This document shows positions 10,166 to 21,278 of a stretch of DNA of 64,000 bases, one piece after another. Source of the stretch: Bolinopsis microptera (lineage: Eukaryota); the NCBI RefSeq assembly GCF_026151205.1, contig NC_087073.1:19228658-19292657 (forward strand), written 5' to 3'. Numbering within the stretch: the stretch's first letter is position 1; every line of letters begins with the position of its first letter. The position numbers and the translations under genes were made by a program. The notes beneath the pieces were generated by a model. The model had not been told where the DNA came from. It made no database searches and saw nothing but the letters and a program-made list of their open reading frames with translations.

Positions 10166-11363
10166 TGCTTTAGAGCTCGGCTAATAGCCGGCTAGTGACC
10201 GCTTAGTAGCCGGTTAGTAGCCACTTTGTGGTCACTAGCCGGCTAGTAGCCGGTTAGTAGCCGGCTAGTGACCACTTTTCAAGTGCCGGTTAGTAGCCGG
10301 TTGGTAATGTGAAGTTGAGGAGCTGTTATTACAAAAGTGGCTACTAGCCGGCTTGTAGCCGGCTAGTAGCCGGTGTTCATATGGTACTGTGCAGGGACGT
10401 TGCATAGACGTTGCATAGACGTTGCATAGACGTTGCATAGACTGACCGTGCAGGGAGTGTGCATAGAGTGTTCATTGTGCAGGGACGTTGCATAGACGTT
10501 GCATAGACGGTTCTTTTGTTGTTGCACGGACGTTGCATAGACGTTGCATAGACTGTCCGGAGCTAAACGACCAACTTCCCTGATTGGCAACTTAGTCGTT
10601 TAGCTCCGGACAGTCTATGCAACGTCTATGCAACGTCCATGCAACAACAAAAGAACCGTCTATGCAACGTCTCTAAAGCAGACCTATTAGTAGCCGGTTC
10701 TAAACCGGCTACTAGCCGGCACTTGAAAAGCGGTCACTCGTCGGCTACTAACCGGCTACTAACCGGCTAGTAACCGCCAAGTGGCTACTAACCGGCTACT
10801 AACCGGTCACTAGCCGGCTATTAGCCGAGCTCTAAAGCAGACCTACTAGTAGCCGGTTCCAAACCGGCTACTAGCCGGCACTTAGAAAGCGGTCACTAGC
10901 CGGCTACTAACCGGCTACTAACCGGCTAGTAACCACCAAGTGGCTACTAGTAGGTCTGCTTTAGAGCTCGGCTAATAGCCGGCTAGTGACCGCTTAGTAG
11001 CCGGTTAGTAGCCACTTTGTGGTCACTAGCCGGCTAGTAGCCGGTTAGTAGCCGGCTAGTGACCACTTTTCAAGTGCCGGTTAGTAGCCGGTTGGTAATG
11101 TGAAGTTGAGGAGCTGTTATTACAAAAGTGGCTACTAGCCGGCTAGTAGCCGGCTAGTAGCCGGTGTTCATATGGTACTGTGCAGGGACGTTGCATAGAC
11201 GTTGCATAGACGTTGCATAGACGTTGCATAGACTGACCGTGCAGGGAGTGTGCATAGAGTGTTCATTGTGCAGGGACGTTGCATAGACGTTGCATAGACG
11301 GTTCTTTTGTTGTTGCATGGACGTTGCATAGACGTTGCATAGACTGTCCGGAGCTAAACGACC
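10166..11363. mobile_element. Foldback-like composite element inserted in the minisatellite: a right-arm-only copy (10166-10572), a 21-bp spacer, then a full foldback copy (10594-11363)
   Basis: Arms are built from tandem GCTAGTAGCCGG / GTTAGTAGCCGG 12-mers and ACGTTGCATAG 10-11-mers. Termini GGTCGTTTAGCTCCGGACAGTCTATGCAACG ... CGTTGCATAGACTGTCCGGAGCTAAACGACC are inverted repeats of each other. The same element is at 24567-25474. Confidence 0.6.
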
Positions 11364-11379
11364 AAGTTGCCAATCAACT

Positions 11380-11530
11380 TTAAATCATCTTTAATCATAT
11401 GCAATCATCTTTAAATCATCTTTAATCATCTGCGATCATATATAATCATCTATCATCATATTTTATCATCTGTATTCTGTAATCATCTGTAATCATCTGT
11501 AATCATCTGTAATCATCTGTTATCATCTTA
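11380..11530. repeat. Minisatellite (ATCATCTGTA)n, continuation of the 10044-10160 array on the far side of the insertion
   Basis: Direct reading. Confidence 0.85.
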
Positions 11531-11560
11531 TAATCAACAATTTAAATTAGCTGTGACATT

Positions 11561-11700
11561 AACAGTGACAATAGTTTATAGTTTATTATATTATAATAAA
11601 CTATAAACTATAAACTATAAACTATAAACTATAAACTATAAACTATAAACTATAAACAATAAACTATAAACTATAAACTATAAACTATAAACTATAAACT
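11561..11700. repeat. (AAACTAT)n microsatellite, about 15 copies, preceded by its own inverted complement TAGTTTATAGTTTAT, which can form a hairpin
   Basis: Direct reading. Confidence 0.85.
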
Positions 11701-12899
11701 GCAATATCAGCTGCTGCTATCTATTCTATGTGGCTTTTTTAAATTACTAAAATGTGTCAGTTATATATTAAGCTATTTTGCTGTGGTTTAAACGTCTTAT
11801 TGATAAGTTTTATTGCATGCTTAAAGTTAAAACTCGATTTTACATCCGTACGCGTAGGGTCATAAGAGTTTCAAATAAATTTAAGTTTTGAAATGATTTT
11901 TCTGGTTCCGGAGACTTTAACAAGTGATCGGAGAGGTAATAATTCACCGTACTCTGAGTAAAGTACTAAACTATTACCTGTTCACTCTTTCTAAACTCCG
12001 CGATATGGAATTTGAACTGATAACAATTATCATTTAAACTCAGTTGTGTTATGAAGAACTAATTTATCAAAATTATTGAATACGGTTTTATTATTTTTTA
12101 AGATTATAGCAAATAACTTACAGCTTACAGTAAATTGATATGTTCCAAGATGAAGTGTTCGTTATTATTCTACTGACCAGCTTCATAACTAACTATATAA
12201 TTACATCAATAGTAACCTTTCATGATGTTGTTAGAAATGAACAAATTGTCAACCTCCCCTAAATTTTAAAAGATCCTAATATCAGATCATCAATCTTAAC
12301 TAAATGATTCACCATCACATTCTCCTGGAACAGTAATGTCTCAAGTGGAGATAAAGTCTATAACTTAACCAAATTCAAATTATCTTCCAGATGATACGAT
12401 AAAATATTCTCATATTGATAACTATCTTGTAAATATATATATAGATATGTGTGCCGAACGGAGATGCCTGGGTATGAAAGTACACATTACAATGCATATA
12501 GTTAGGCTATAACATGCGAATAAATTATACGAGAAGGTATATAATATTATGTAAGATATTATCTCGTGTAATAGTTAATCAGCTTGACAATCCTTTACAA
12601 ATATCAACAGTTCACAGCTCTTGTTTTGAGTGACATGGTTCCAGTTAAATTATTAAAATACAATTTGTCGATTTTCTTAGAGATAAAAGGCTACACTTGA
12701 AGCAATTAAAATGAGAGCGCTAGATTTCTGGATGTTTGAAATTTCCCTATTTACATCTTAGTGTAAAAGTGTGTATTTAAACACCAAAACTGCATTTACA
12801 ATGAGAACTTAAACAGTCAAGCTCTTGTATTACTGGAGTAGCAGGGAGGGGCTACTTATACTCCAGTATATTGTGTATCCAAATGAGCACATTTCTTAC

Positions 12900-12988
12900 T
12901 AATATAATATCTGCCTGTCTGAGAAAAAACATGAACTCAGTAACTTCAACTCCACCCCTCGGCCTCGCACGGCGCACATGACGTATCA
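12900..12988 (-). CDS. PWP2: PWP2 internal exon (tentative); the remaining C-terminal exons lie further down (below 12900) and were not mapped
   Basis: ...GGVEVTEFMFFLRQADIIL versus human ...TTTEGLLIYSLDTRVLF. Acceptor ttttatacagtacag, donor TTA|GTAAGA. Weaker similarity than the other exons. Confidence 0.45.
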
Positions 12989-13082
12989 CTGTACTGTATA
13001 AAATAGAAACCGAAAGCTGGAGAATCCCTCCAGAAAAAAAGCCAAAGGTATTGCAAAATGCTAACAATAAAAGCAGACTCAC

Positions 13083-13345
13083 CAGTAGGACAGAACTGTA
13101 CAGACTGTACATTTATCTGGGGTTCCACTCTGCGCTTGGAGAAGTCTCCCCTGGAGACACCAGGTAGGGCTATCTCTGAACCGTGCTCGTGCTCTCCTGT
13201 CTCCATGAGATCTAGTGGACCCTGGTCTGTCATGTTATCACTGCGCAGGAACTGGAGCATCGCATCGTAGGACAGGTTCCGGGACACTTCAAAGCGTTTT
13301 ATCAGCACTGTTTGTTCTACGTTGTATATACAGATGTACTTTGAC
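13083..13345 (-). CDS. PWP2: PWP2 internal exon
   Basis: RSKYICIYNVEQTVLIKRFEVSRNLSYDAMLQFLRSDNMTDQGPLDLMETGEHEHGSEIALPGVSRGDFSKRRVEPQINVQSVQFCPTG versus human MSKFVCIYHVREQILMKRFEISCNLSLDAMEEFLNRRKMTEFGNLALID...PLPGVRKGDMSSRHFKPEIRVTSLRFSPTG. Donor G|GTGAGT. Confidence 0.8.
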
Positions 13346-13526
13346 CTGTTGGGAATTGTGGAAATTTAGCTATGATTTTAGACAATTAAGCATCCCGTAT
13401 AATTCAACACTAGATAGCCTTCAGGAGTGTGTCAGAGACTCTATCGAACGTACATCGACTTTCCCTTTAAAAACTGAAATTATCAACTCAGATCGCTATT
13501 ACAGTACAATAAGAGTGGTTGCTAAC

Positions 13527-13729
13527 CTGCCACCAGCGAGAATAACACTACCATCAGCACTGTAGCTGAGACTGGTAAAGCAGCGGTTAAGTTTCTGCGA
13601 GTCAGCTGATATGAGATCGTCCTTAGACCGTCCCGCCCACAGGTCGTTCCTACCCTCCACACTTCCTACAGTTACTCCTAACTTCAGGTTGTAGAATGTT
13701 ATCTCAGAGTTCAACGTCGCTACCGCTAT
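13527..13729 (-). CDS. PWP2: PWP2 internal exon
   Basis: IAVATLNSEITFYNLKLGVTVGSVEGRNDLWAGRSKDDLISADSQKLNRCFTSLSYSADGSVILAGG versus human LAVATLNSQITFWDPENAVQTGSIEGRHDLKTGRKELDKITAKHAAKGKAFTALCYSADGHSILAGG. Acceptor acttcag, donor CAG|GTTAGC. Confidence 0.8.
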
Positions 13730-14379
13730 CTGAAGTGTCAAGTGGATCAGGGGGTTAAAGTTTTGGTAATTGGTACATTTTTGTTTTAGGTCATTTTGTC
13801 GCAATGCCTCACAAATGGGAAGGAGGGCTTCGTTATTAGCCCAAAAGCTGACGCTCATGTTATTTTTACACAATAGCCATCTTCAAAATTGTTAACGGAG
13901 GGGTAGAAGGTCTGAAAATGGCAACATATTTGCTGACGTCATTATAAGTGTTCGAAACAAGACCATCGAAGAAAAGAATTTAAAAGCTGCGGCTGGTATT
14001 GGTGAAATGGTCACTTATCTATTTGAACAATGAATAATGTAACGTGAACTGTGACGTCATGTTCACCTATTTAGCTGTTATACATGTCGATTGTCGGAGT
14101 GCCTAATGTGTCTAGTTAACCTGCTTCTCAAGATGGGCAATTTGGGGATCATTTTCGAACGATTATGACTTTTAAGGACAATTAAATCGTTGGGTAACCT
14201 GCCCGCTGTCCTTTTACCTGACTTCAAAGTTTAATAGCCGAATTCTCTTTAAATAAAGTAACCCTTCAAGTCTGCTGTTGAGTGGTTTTGACGTCTAACG
14301 TCATACGGTATTAAAAATAACTTGGACATATAATATTTGGAGTTCTGCCACCAAGATTAGAACACGTGTCATTGTGTAC

Positions 14380-14510
14380 CTGAGTGTTGTCAGGACTAGC
14401 CACAACAGCAGTGCAGTCTGAGGAAAGTGTCAGGGTGTCGGTGGTTCCCTTCCGCTCAAACGTGTCCCAGACTCGAGCTGTTTTGTCCCAAGAGGAGGAT
14501 ACCAACATTC
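14380..14510 (-). CDS. PWP2: PWP2 internal exon with a classic WD repeat
   Basis: GMLVSSSWDKTARVWDTFERKGTTDTLTLSSDCTAVVASPDNTQ versus human SVLASASWDKTVRLWDMFDSWRTKETLALTSDALAVTFRPDGAEL. Donor CAG|GTACAC. Confidence 0.8.
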
Positions 14511-14688
14511 CTGGTATAGAATTTCAGATAAGACAGGTAGAATAAGAAACAGTAAACACATCAAACTAATATTTTATTGAGGCCAACAGCTAACCCATCG
14601 CGGGTATATTACTACAACGGACAACTTGGATAGGATTAATTTATCATAATTCAATTATGAACAAGCTGGGATGTATTAGTGAAATTAC

Positions 14689-14776
14689 CTTCAGTAAATA
14701 CGAGAGAGGAGATAGGACCAGCGTGTCCAGACAACAGTTCCAACAATCTTCCAGTCTGCATGTTCCACGTACATAC
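14689..14776 (-). CDS. PWP2: PWP2 internal exon
   Basis: VCTWNMQTGRLLELLSGHAGPISSLVFTE versus human FVWSMQTGRLLDVLSGHEGPISGLCFNP. Acceptor ttttctcag, donor GAAG|GTAATT. Confidence 0.75.
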
Positions 14777-14880
14777 CTGAGAAAACCATTATTAGGTTCG
14801 TTTCTCGCTAGTACCATTATATTACCCAGATAAAACTGATTCACTTTTATTCCATTTAAAATCTAAAGCTTTATAGATAC

Positions 14881-14989
14881 CTGGAAAGTGTCCGTAGTTC
14901 CAGCAGCTACAATCTCACCACTAGCATCACATGAGACACAACTAAACTGAACCGGTGTAGGACAGGTCATCGTCCGGAAATTCCGGTAC
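14881..14989 (-). CDS. PWP2: PWP2 internal exon
   Basis: RYRNFRTMTCPTPVQFSCVSCDASGEIVAAGTTDTFQ versus human RYRNFRTFTSPRPTQFSCVAVDASGEIVSAGAQDSFE. Confidence 0.8.
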
Positions 14990-15240
14990 CTGGTAACGGA
15001 AATAGCGCGTGATAACTGGTGCAGTTTAGATTCACACGAGAATTACTAATAATAATATGTATGATAATTCTATGTGTATTCCTAGAACAGATGTTGTAAT
15101 ATTTAATAAGAATAAGAAAAATGTTTAATATGTTTCTTTAATTGCAGAGGATTATATCTTTAATCATTTTCAAGTATCACGATATTTAAGAAGATGATGC
15201 TTGATTATCTGAAAAACCTGTAAAGCTTTCCTTATTAAAC

Positions 15241-15416
15241 CTGTAAAGATCGAAAGCTCTGACAGTCCCATCTAAACTAGCAGAGAGAGCGACATTTCCA
15301 GTCTTTCTAAAGTGCACATCAGTTACTCCAGCAGTGTGCTCGTTGAATGTGACGTAACAGAACCCTGTTTCTGTGCTCCATACCTTTACTTTACCATCGT
15401 CTCCCCCTGAGTAGGG
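15241..15416 (-). CDS. PWP2: PWP2 internal exon
   Basis: GDDGKVKVWSTETGFCYVTFNEHTAGVTDVHFRKTGNVALSASLDGTVRAFDLY versus human GDDGKVKVWNTLSGFCFVTFTEHSSGVTGVTFTATGYVVVTSSMDGTVRAFDLH. Donor CAG|GTTTAA. Confidence 0.8.
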
Positions 15417-15602
15417 ATGAGAGATGTCAGCTTAGAGCTTGTGGTGCCCAAAACATTCTTTCAGTCTTTTAAAGGAATTAAAGGGGAATTGATCCTGGAA
15501 ATCACCACCAAAACTGTGTTTAAAATATTTACAATTTATAATAGATAGAATTGTTCAAACATGAAAAATAGTTCGAAATATGAACTTAAACGAGTTACCA
15601 AC

Positions 15603-15749
15603 CAGTAGCAATAGCAAGAGAGTCGGGACTGTAAGACACACAATTCATATTGTAACTGTGACCCTGCTGTTTAAGAACGTATGTCTCACTCTTCCACTCC
15701 CATACCAGGAGTTGACCGTGCCCCCGACACCCAAACCCTAGCAGATCTC
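15603..15749 (-). CDS. PWP2: PWP2 internal exon
   Basis: GDLLGFGCRGHGQLLVWEWKSETYVLKQQGHSYNMNCVSYSPDSLAIATG versus human GDWIAFGCSGLGQLLVWEWQSESYVLKQQGHFNSMVALAYSPDGQYIVTG. Acceptor cttcag, donor ACTG|GTTGGT. Exons between here and 20480 were not mapped. Confidence 0.75.
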
Positions 15750-15770
15750 CTGAAGATGTTTATTGTTAAC

Positions 15771-16135
15771 TAACACTGTTACTAACTAACACTGTTACTA
15801 ACTAACACTGTTACTAACTAACACTGTTACTATTTACTTACTAACACTGTTACTAACTAACACTGTTACTAACTAACACTGTTACTAACTAACACTGTTA
15901 CTAACTAACACTGTTACTAACTAACACTGTTACTATTTACTTACTAACACTGTTACTAACTAACACTGTTACTAACTAACACTGTTACTAACTAACAATG
16001 TTACTAACTAACACTGTTACTAACTAACACTGTTAGTACTAACTAACAATGTTTGTACTAACTAACACTGTTAGTAGTTACTAACACTGTTACTAACTAA
16101 CACTGTTACTAACTAACATTGTTAGTACTCGTGTT
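15771..16135. repeat. 18-bp minisatellite (CTAACTAACACTGTTACT)n, about 20 copies, inside a PWP2 intron
   Basis: Direct reading. Confidence 0.9.
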
Positions 16136-16640
16136 ATTCTAGTCATTTCTTTGTTGAGAATATTGATTATTGATTGTAAGTTGTGGTGGTTGTCAAAAAT
16201 TTCATGAGACGAAATGTATCGAATTCCACATGGAAAATTACCTTTTAAATTGCTTACTTTACTTAAAACTGCAGATCTTATGTAGTACAGTGACTACCAT
16301 TGCAAATATGTAATAAGTGTAGTAAACGAGCAATTGGAACCAACTGTTCCACTAAGTTTAACCACAGGAATGTAATTTGATACATTATGTTCCCCTGGTG
16401 CAGTGTCAATCATTGACATTACTTATAATTTACAGAACTGTGTTTTACAATACTTATCATTACAGACCGTTATATTTATAGTAAAAACATTCGTCTGGAA
16501 TCTGGATCATTGTGTCTATTATATACTTATTATATACTTAGTACATCTCACAGACTGTAGACTGTACAATGAGCTATTTGTACTAGATAAACACACACAG
16601 TCACATGGAATGTAGTATGTTGCCCGGTTAGTTGACAAAA

Positions 16641-16650
16641 TGGACACACA

Positions 16651-16710
<60 letters not shown>

Positions 16711-16716
16711 CCACCA

Positions 16717-16805
<89 letters not shown>
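16641..16805. repeat. (CACG)~12 followed by a (CA)~55 microsatellite
   Basis: Direct reading. The ORFs on both strands here are repeat artefacts. Confidence 0.95.
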
Positions 16806-16807
<2 letters not shown>

Positions 16808-17891
16808 TACATCATCACAGTAGTACAGAACAGATCCCTGGAGGTGATACACAGTGCTCATTACACAGAACCATGTCAATGTAATCTGGTAGCACTGCAA
16901 CTAACAGCTGTATCATCCTACTCATTAGTTGATTGGGCAGCAGAGGAACGTGCTAACTGTAGCTGTCACGTGACTGACGTAACAACCATTATTACAGCGA
17001 GACTTAAGGACTGTGATATCTAGAGAGACTGACTGTAAAAGCGTAGTGTGATTAATTTTGCCCTGATTATATCGGAGGCGATCTGGGCACGATTTTCATA
17101 CTACAAACTTGTCAAAGTCAATGAAACTGAAGCCACAGTGTGACAGAACATTTGGGTATTAATGTCTTTGTGTAAGGACTGAGAATAACACATGTATCTA
17201 TTAGCAATACTAGCAGGAACCCGTCTACCCTAAAGTGGTGTCAAGACTCGAGAGACTAAAATAATTATTACCTAATTAATTCGCGTTTTTGACACCACTT
17301 GGGAGTCAAAATTTTGGGCACTAAAATTCTTATTCCTTGGCCAATTTTTAATTTTTTCATGCTTATTTGAAGGCCATTAAAGCATTTGACCCAGTCAAAA
17401 AAATTTCAGTTGTATATCTTTTACGGTTTTTGCGGAAAGTCGCGTTAAAGTTGATGCCGTGGTGTCAGTAAAATGGCACGGATCCATATACATATTATAT
17501 ATATATTTCATGGCTGGACTTCTACACAATAAAAGAAAGCGGTTGTGATTAGATCTTCGAAAGTCTTTGCATCGTTTATTTACATCAATTCTGAGAAATT
17601 ATATCATTAAAGTAACTACAACAGATACGAATCATATACAATTGAGAATAAATACAAACTAAAAGCAGTGGGAAAATCTGATGAACTGAAATTTAAAAAA
17701 GAAACTGAAAGCCGTTAAAAATGTACTCTTATCTTATCTCTTATCTAAATACTGATAACTGATTCTCGGAAAATCACTTAAAATCACAACAAAAACCTGT
17801 AAAATTTATACTTAAGTAAAAAATGTAATATGCACGTCTCTGGAATAATGGTATAACTAAATAAAATCTACAAAATATACTAAAACTAAAA

Positions 17892-18731
17892 CTAAGCTCC
17901 GGCAGATTTAAAAAGTAGATGGTTACTATCAAGGGTGTTCATACCCCCAAACCGTTCAAGGGTTTTCAATTGGGTCTGGTAGAACCCCTCTCTAGCTTCC
18001 ATAGCCTTTTCTTTGTCTGCTTTACTAATATTAGGCTCAAATACTAAAGCGTCTACTATAATGACAGAAAGGTGCTTACTGAGTGAGGAATTATAGGAGG
18101 CTATGGTACTAAAATCTAAATCATGATCAATATCTAAAAAATGGTTAACTAATTTACAACTTCTTATACCTTTCTTTATGTGACTCTTATGGTTAGAGAA
18201 TCTCTTAGGGAGATTTGAGGTAGTATAACCGACATACGACTGTTTACAAGTCTTACACTCCATTAAATAAATGAGGTTATAACTCTGACAAGATATATAC
18301 TTAGTTATAGGGAAAACTTGTTTAGAATGGTGACTACTAAAATTGGAACAGGGGGACAGGAAATTTTGCTTACAAACATAACATTTACCACAAGCATGGC
18401 ACCCTGGGTCGACAGCCCCGGGAACCGCCCTTAGACTTTCGGAGTCCGGTTCCTGGATCTGGCTTGCAGTTGTTTCTCTCTCATTATCACAGTTTAAAGT
18501 TCCACTGGCACGGTACTTATTGTGTACAAGCATGCCACCGATAGTTTGATTCTTTCGATGACTCACGAATACACTGTCCACACGTACCAGCTTCTTCAGG
18601 GCCGGTTCAAGGTTGAGAAGGTGCTTATACTTATGGATAATGCCCCCCATGTTGGGAAGTGCTGGATTTTGATCCATCACCATGGGTATTAAACAGGCAG
18701 TCGACTCATCCTTGTCTTTAAGGGTATACAA
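17892..18731 (-). CDS. Free-standing ORF (279 aa) with a Cys-rich zinc motif and a complete GIY-YIG nuclease domain of Penelope-like-element (PLE) type. No RT is present, so this is probably a 5'-truncated PLE or an EN-only derivative.
   Basis: CHACGKCYVC (CX2-5CXXC-like) lies upstream of LIYLMEC..SYVGYTT....R...H (GIY...YVG), followed by the conserved Arg, His, Glu (EAREGFYQ) and Asn (GGMN). About 35% identical to the ORF at 35823-36452. Confidence 0.65.
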   Translation of the reverse strand: MYTLKDKDESTACLIPMVMDQNPALPNMGGIIHKYKHLLNLEPALKKLVRVDSVFVSHRKNQTIGGMLVHNKYRASGTLNCDNERETTASQIQEPDSESLRAVPGAVDPGCHACGKCYVCKQNFLSPCSNFSSHHSKQVFPITKYISCQSYNLIYLMECKTCKQSYVGYTTSNLPKRFSNHKSHIKKGIRSCKLVNHFLDIDHDLDFSTIASYNSSLSKHLSVIIVDALVFEPNISKADKEKAMEAREGFYQTQLKTLERFGGMNTLDSNHLLFKSAGA

Positions 18732-18825
18732 GTTTTTCCTATTAGCTATATCACTAAATTTGTTAAAGGCATCTTCTATAATACTGGAATGATAACCTCG
18801 GGCTATATATATTATATATTTTATT

Positions 18826-19239
18826 ACTAAATATATAACTTGTCAGAGTAATAACCTTATTTATTTAATGGAGTGTAGAACTTGTAAACAGTCGTATGTA
18901 GGATATACTACTTCTAATCTCCCTAAGAGATTTTCTAATCATAAGAGCCACATTAAGAAAGGTATCAGAAGTTGTAAGTTAGTAAATCACTTTTTAGATA
19001 TTGATCATGATTTAGATTTTAGTTCAATAGCCTTATATAACTCTTCACTTAGTACGCACCTTTCTGTTATTATAGTGGACGCTCTTGAATTTAAACCTGA
19101 AATAAGTCAAGCAGATAGGGAAAAGGCCATGGAAGCTAGAGAGGGGTTCTACCAGACCCAATTGAAAACCCTTGAGCGTTATGGGGGTATGAACACCCTC
19201 GATAGTAACCACATCCTTTTTAAATCCGCTGGAGCTTAA
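18826..19239 (+). mobile_element. Inverted, 5'-truncated duplicate of the GIY-YIG domain (about 90% amino-acid identity to the C-terminal 125 aa of the 17892-18731 ORF), head-to-head with the longer copy
   Basis: KYITCQSNNLIYLMECRTCKQSYVGYTTSNLPKRFSNHKSHIKKG... is encoded on the plus strand. Homology breaks at about 18810-18826. Confidence 0.7.
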
Positions 19240-19904
19240 TGTTTAGTTTATTTATTTTATTTGACATGATCTCAGCCTATTAACCAGTGTTTAGTTTACA
19301 ATATTGCTATCAGAGACGTGTTATATTCATTACTATTTATATATTTTTACTGCTTGATTCAGAGAAATCTAGCTTTTTCCGAGAAACTAATCTTTAATAG
19401 ATTAGATAAAATGTACGCAGCCATTCTTTTCGTTTGATTATTACTCAGTATATTTTAGTTTTGTACCGTTTTAAGTCACATAGTTTTGTACGTCTTCCTA
19501 AGACTTGTTTTCCTTTCCTAGTTTGTAAGTTATTTTAAAGATTTGTGAATATTCCAGTTGCTTTTAGAACAATTTTATCTCAGATAACGATGTTTAATAA
19601 AATGATGCAAAGACTTATTTCGAAGATCTAATCAACACCGACTTTTAATGTGTAGGAGTACAGCTACAAAATATATATATATATATCGTCTCGCTATATT
19701 ATATAGTAAGATAAAAGGAATATAGGCTGTAGTGTATGTACAATGAAAACCTACACTAAAATTACTAACCCGAAGGACTAATGGAAACTGTAGAGATATC
19801 TTTCTGGGAGATTGAGAGGGTGTGTATCTGGTCAAATGTGGGGAGGTCATACAACGTGAACTGACCACTGAAATTATTTACATGTTATTCGTTTTCTTTA
19901 TAGA

Positions 19905-20285
19905 TATTTATTATATAACTATTCAAATCAAAAATAGAACATAGAGAACATCTTGATGACCTGATAAGTCACCAAGAGAAAAATAACACAGAATAAACTA
20001 AATCATGCTTAACTCTCTCCATGCTTTTCTATCTGTTGCAAAAAGTCTTAAATGGTATAAATCGTCTGTATTTACAAGTCTAAAGTTTCTGTCACTTAAA
20101 TCGTTCAAAATAGTTTTTAACAAGTTTGACTGGTGTCGTCCGACTCTACCTCTCATCAAACTCTGACTCTCTACAGCAAAATGTAAGGCAAGCTGGGCAG
20201 GTAAGTTATTATCACTGGCCACTGCGGAGGATGTGACCGAGCATTCTCCACCGTGTACGAGCAACACGCTCACTTAGTGGAACAA
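19905..20285 (-). mobile_element. 3' fragment of a LINE (same family as 23945-26260) inside a PWP2 intron
   Basis: SDNNLPAQLALHFAVESQSLMRGRVGRHQSNLLKTILNDLSDRNFRLVNTDDLYHLRL parallels 23969-24595. The 3' UTR (tatataactattcaaatcaaaaatagaac) is shared with 23945-23990. Confidence 0.65.
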
Positions 20286-20479
20286 CTTATAGATATTTAT
20301 GTTGTGCAATATGCTATAACGTTGATAGAGTTGTCAATCGGTGGTTATCATTAAATATACCTCTCGCTGCATTTTAAGGTAAGGTTTTTGTCATTTTTGC
20401 AGTAAAATCAAAAGGTATTTGAAACTTGTCGAGATATCGAAGATGGTTGAAGTGGGGAATTCAACTTGTTTATACTTAC

Positions 20480-20581
20480 TTGGATAACCCGACGACCAGA
20501 AGAGCAGATCGCAGAGCAGCACAAGTTATGTGTATTCCTCCAGCTTGATTCACAAAGTTTTTAGACAAAACACTCCACTTA
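20480..20581 (-). CDS. PWP2: PWP2 exon 5 (probably directly after exon 4)
   Basis: KWSVLSKNFVNQAGGIHITCAALRSALLVVGLS versus human KVKYSRLAKYFFNKEGDFNNLTAAAFHKKSHLLVTGFAS. Donor CAA|GTAAGT. Phase 2+1 fits exon 4. Confidence 0.7.
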
Positions 20582-20896
20582 CTGAAAAGATCATTTTTAA
20601 ATGACAATTGGTGTTAGAAACGATTAGTTCGAAAACCTGCCTCCTAATGACTGTTATTTATCTATCTTTGCTCAGAAATAACCCACGCTAAATGAGCGAG
20701 TGGTTGGTTGGATCTATAGATTGGTACGTGTTTTAAGAAAATTGCAGATAGTGTAGAGAATAGAGATTAGAGATGTATGAGAAAAGCACACCTCAAATGT
20801 TGTAAAATAACATCTGAGAAGATTTACACCTCTCATCTCTTGTCTATTTGCAGGAACTTCTTCATGGTTATCATTATCATTAAAACATCAACCTAC

Positions 20897-21126
20897 CCAG
20901 TAAGAGCACTGCGTTCCCACAGAAACATACCACCGTCAGCACTGACTGAGATAACCTCTTGCGCACCACCAGGTCCAAACCAGGCGCCCACCACGCTGCG
21001 CTTGTGTCCCGTCAGGGTAACGGGTACAAAGTTCTCTTCTGGTTCACGAGAGAGCACTTTAACTGTCATGTCCACACTTCCACATACTAGGTAACGGGAA
21101 CACGCGCTCCAACTTATCGTAGACAC
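20897..21126 (-). CDS. PWP2: PWP2 exon 4
   Basis: VSTISWSACSRYLVCGSVDMTVKVLSREPEENFVPVTLTGHKRSVVGAWFGPGGAQEVISVSADGGMFLWERSALTG versus human TTCIDWTDDSRCFVVGSKDMSTWVF...GGHKDAIVACFF...SLSQDGVLCMWQ. Acceptor tgtcag, donor TGG|GTAGGT. Confidence 0.75.
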
Positions 21127-21278
21127 CTGACAGGTAACAGGATGTTCATTGTTTATTAGCAAACAGCCAAACAAGATAATCAGAAGAGTTGTTCAATGTT
21201 CATGATATATAGATATAGGGAAGATTTGGTTCACAAATTGCACAATGAAGCTGAAATACACTGAATATCTCCCCGCAC

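Noticed and set aside
16519-17023. ORFs encoding poly-CV / poly-HT / poly-RA on both strands
   Set aside because: Translations of the (CACG)n(CA)n microsatellite. The same applies to ORFs over (GGTCAG)n at 58500-59006 and over the 27-bp minisatellite at 54785-55042.
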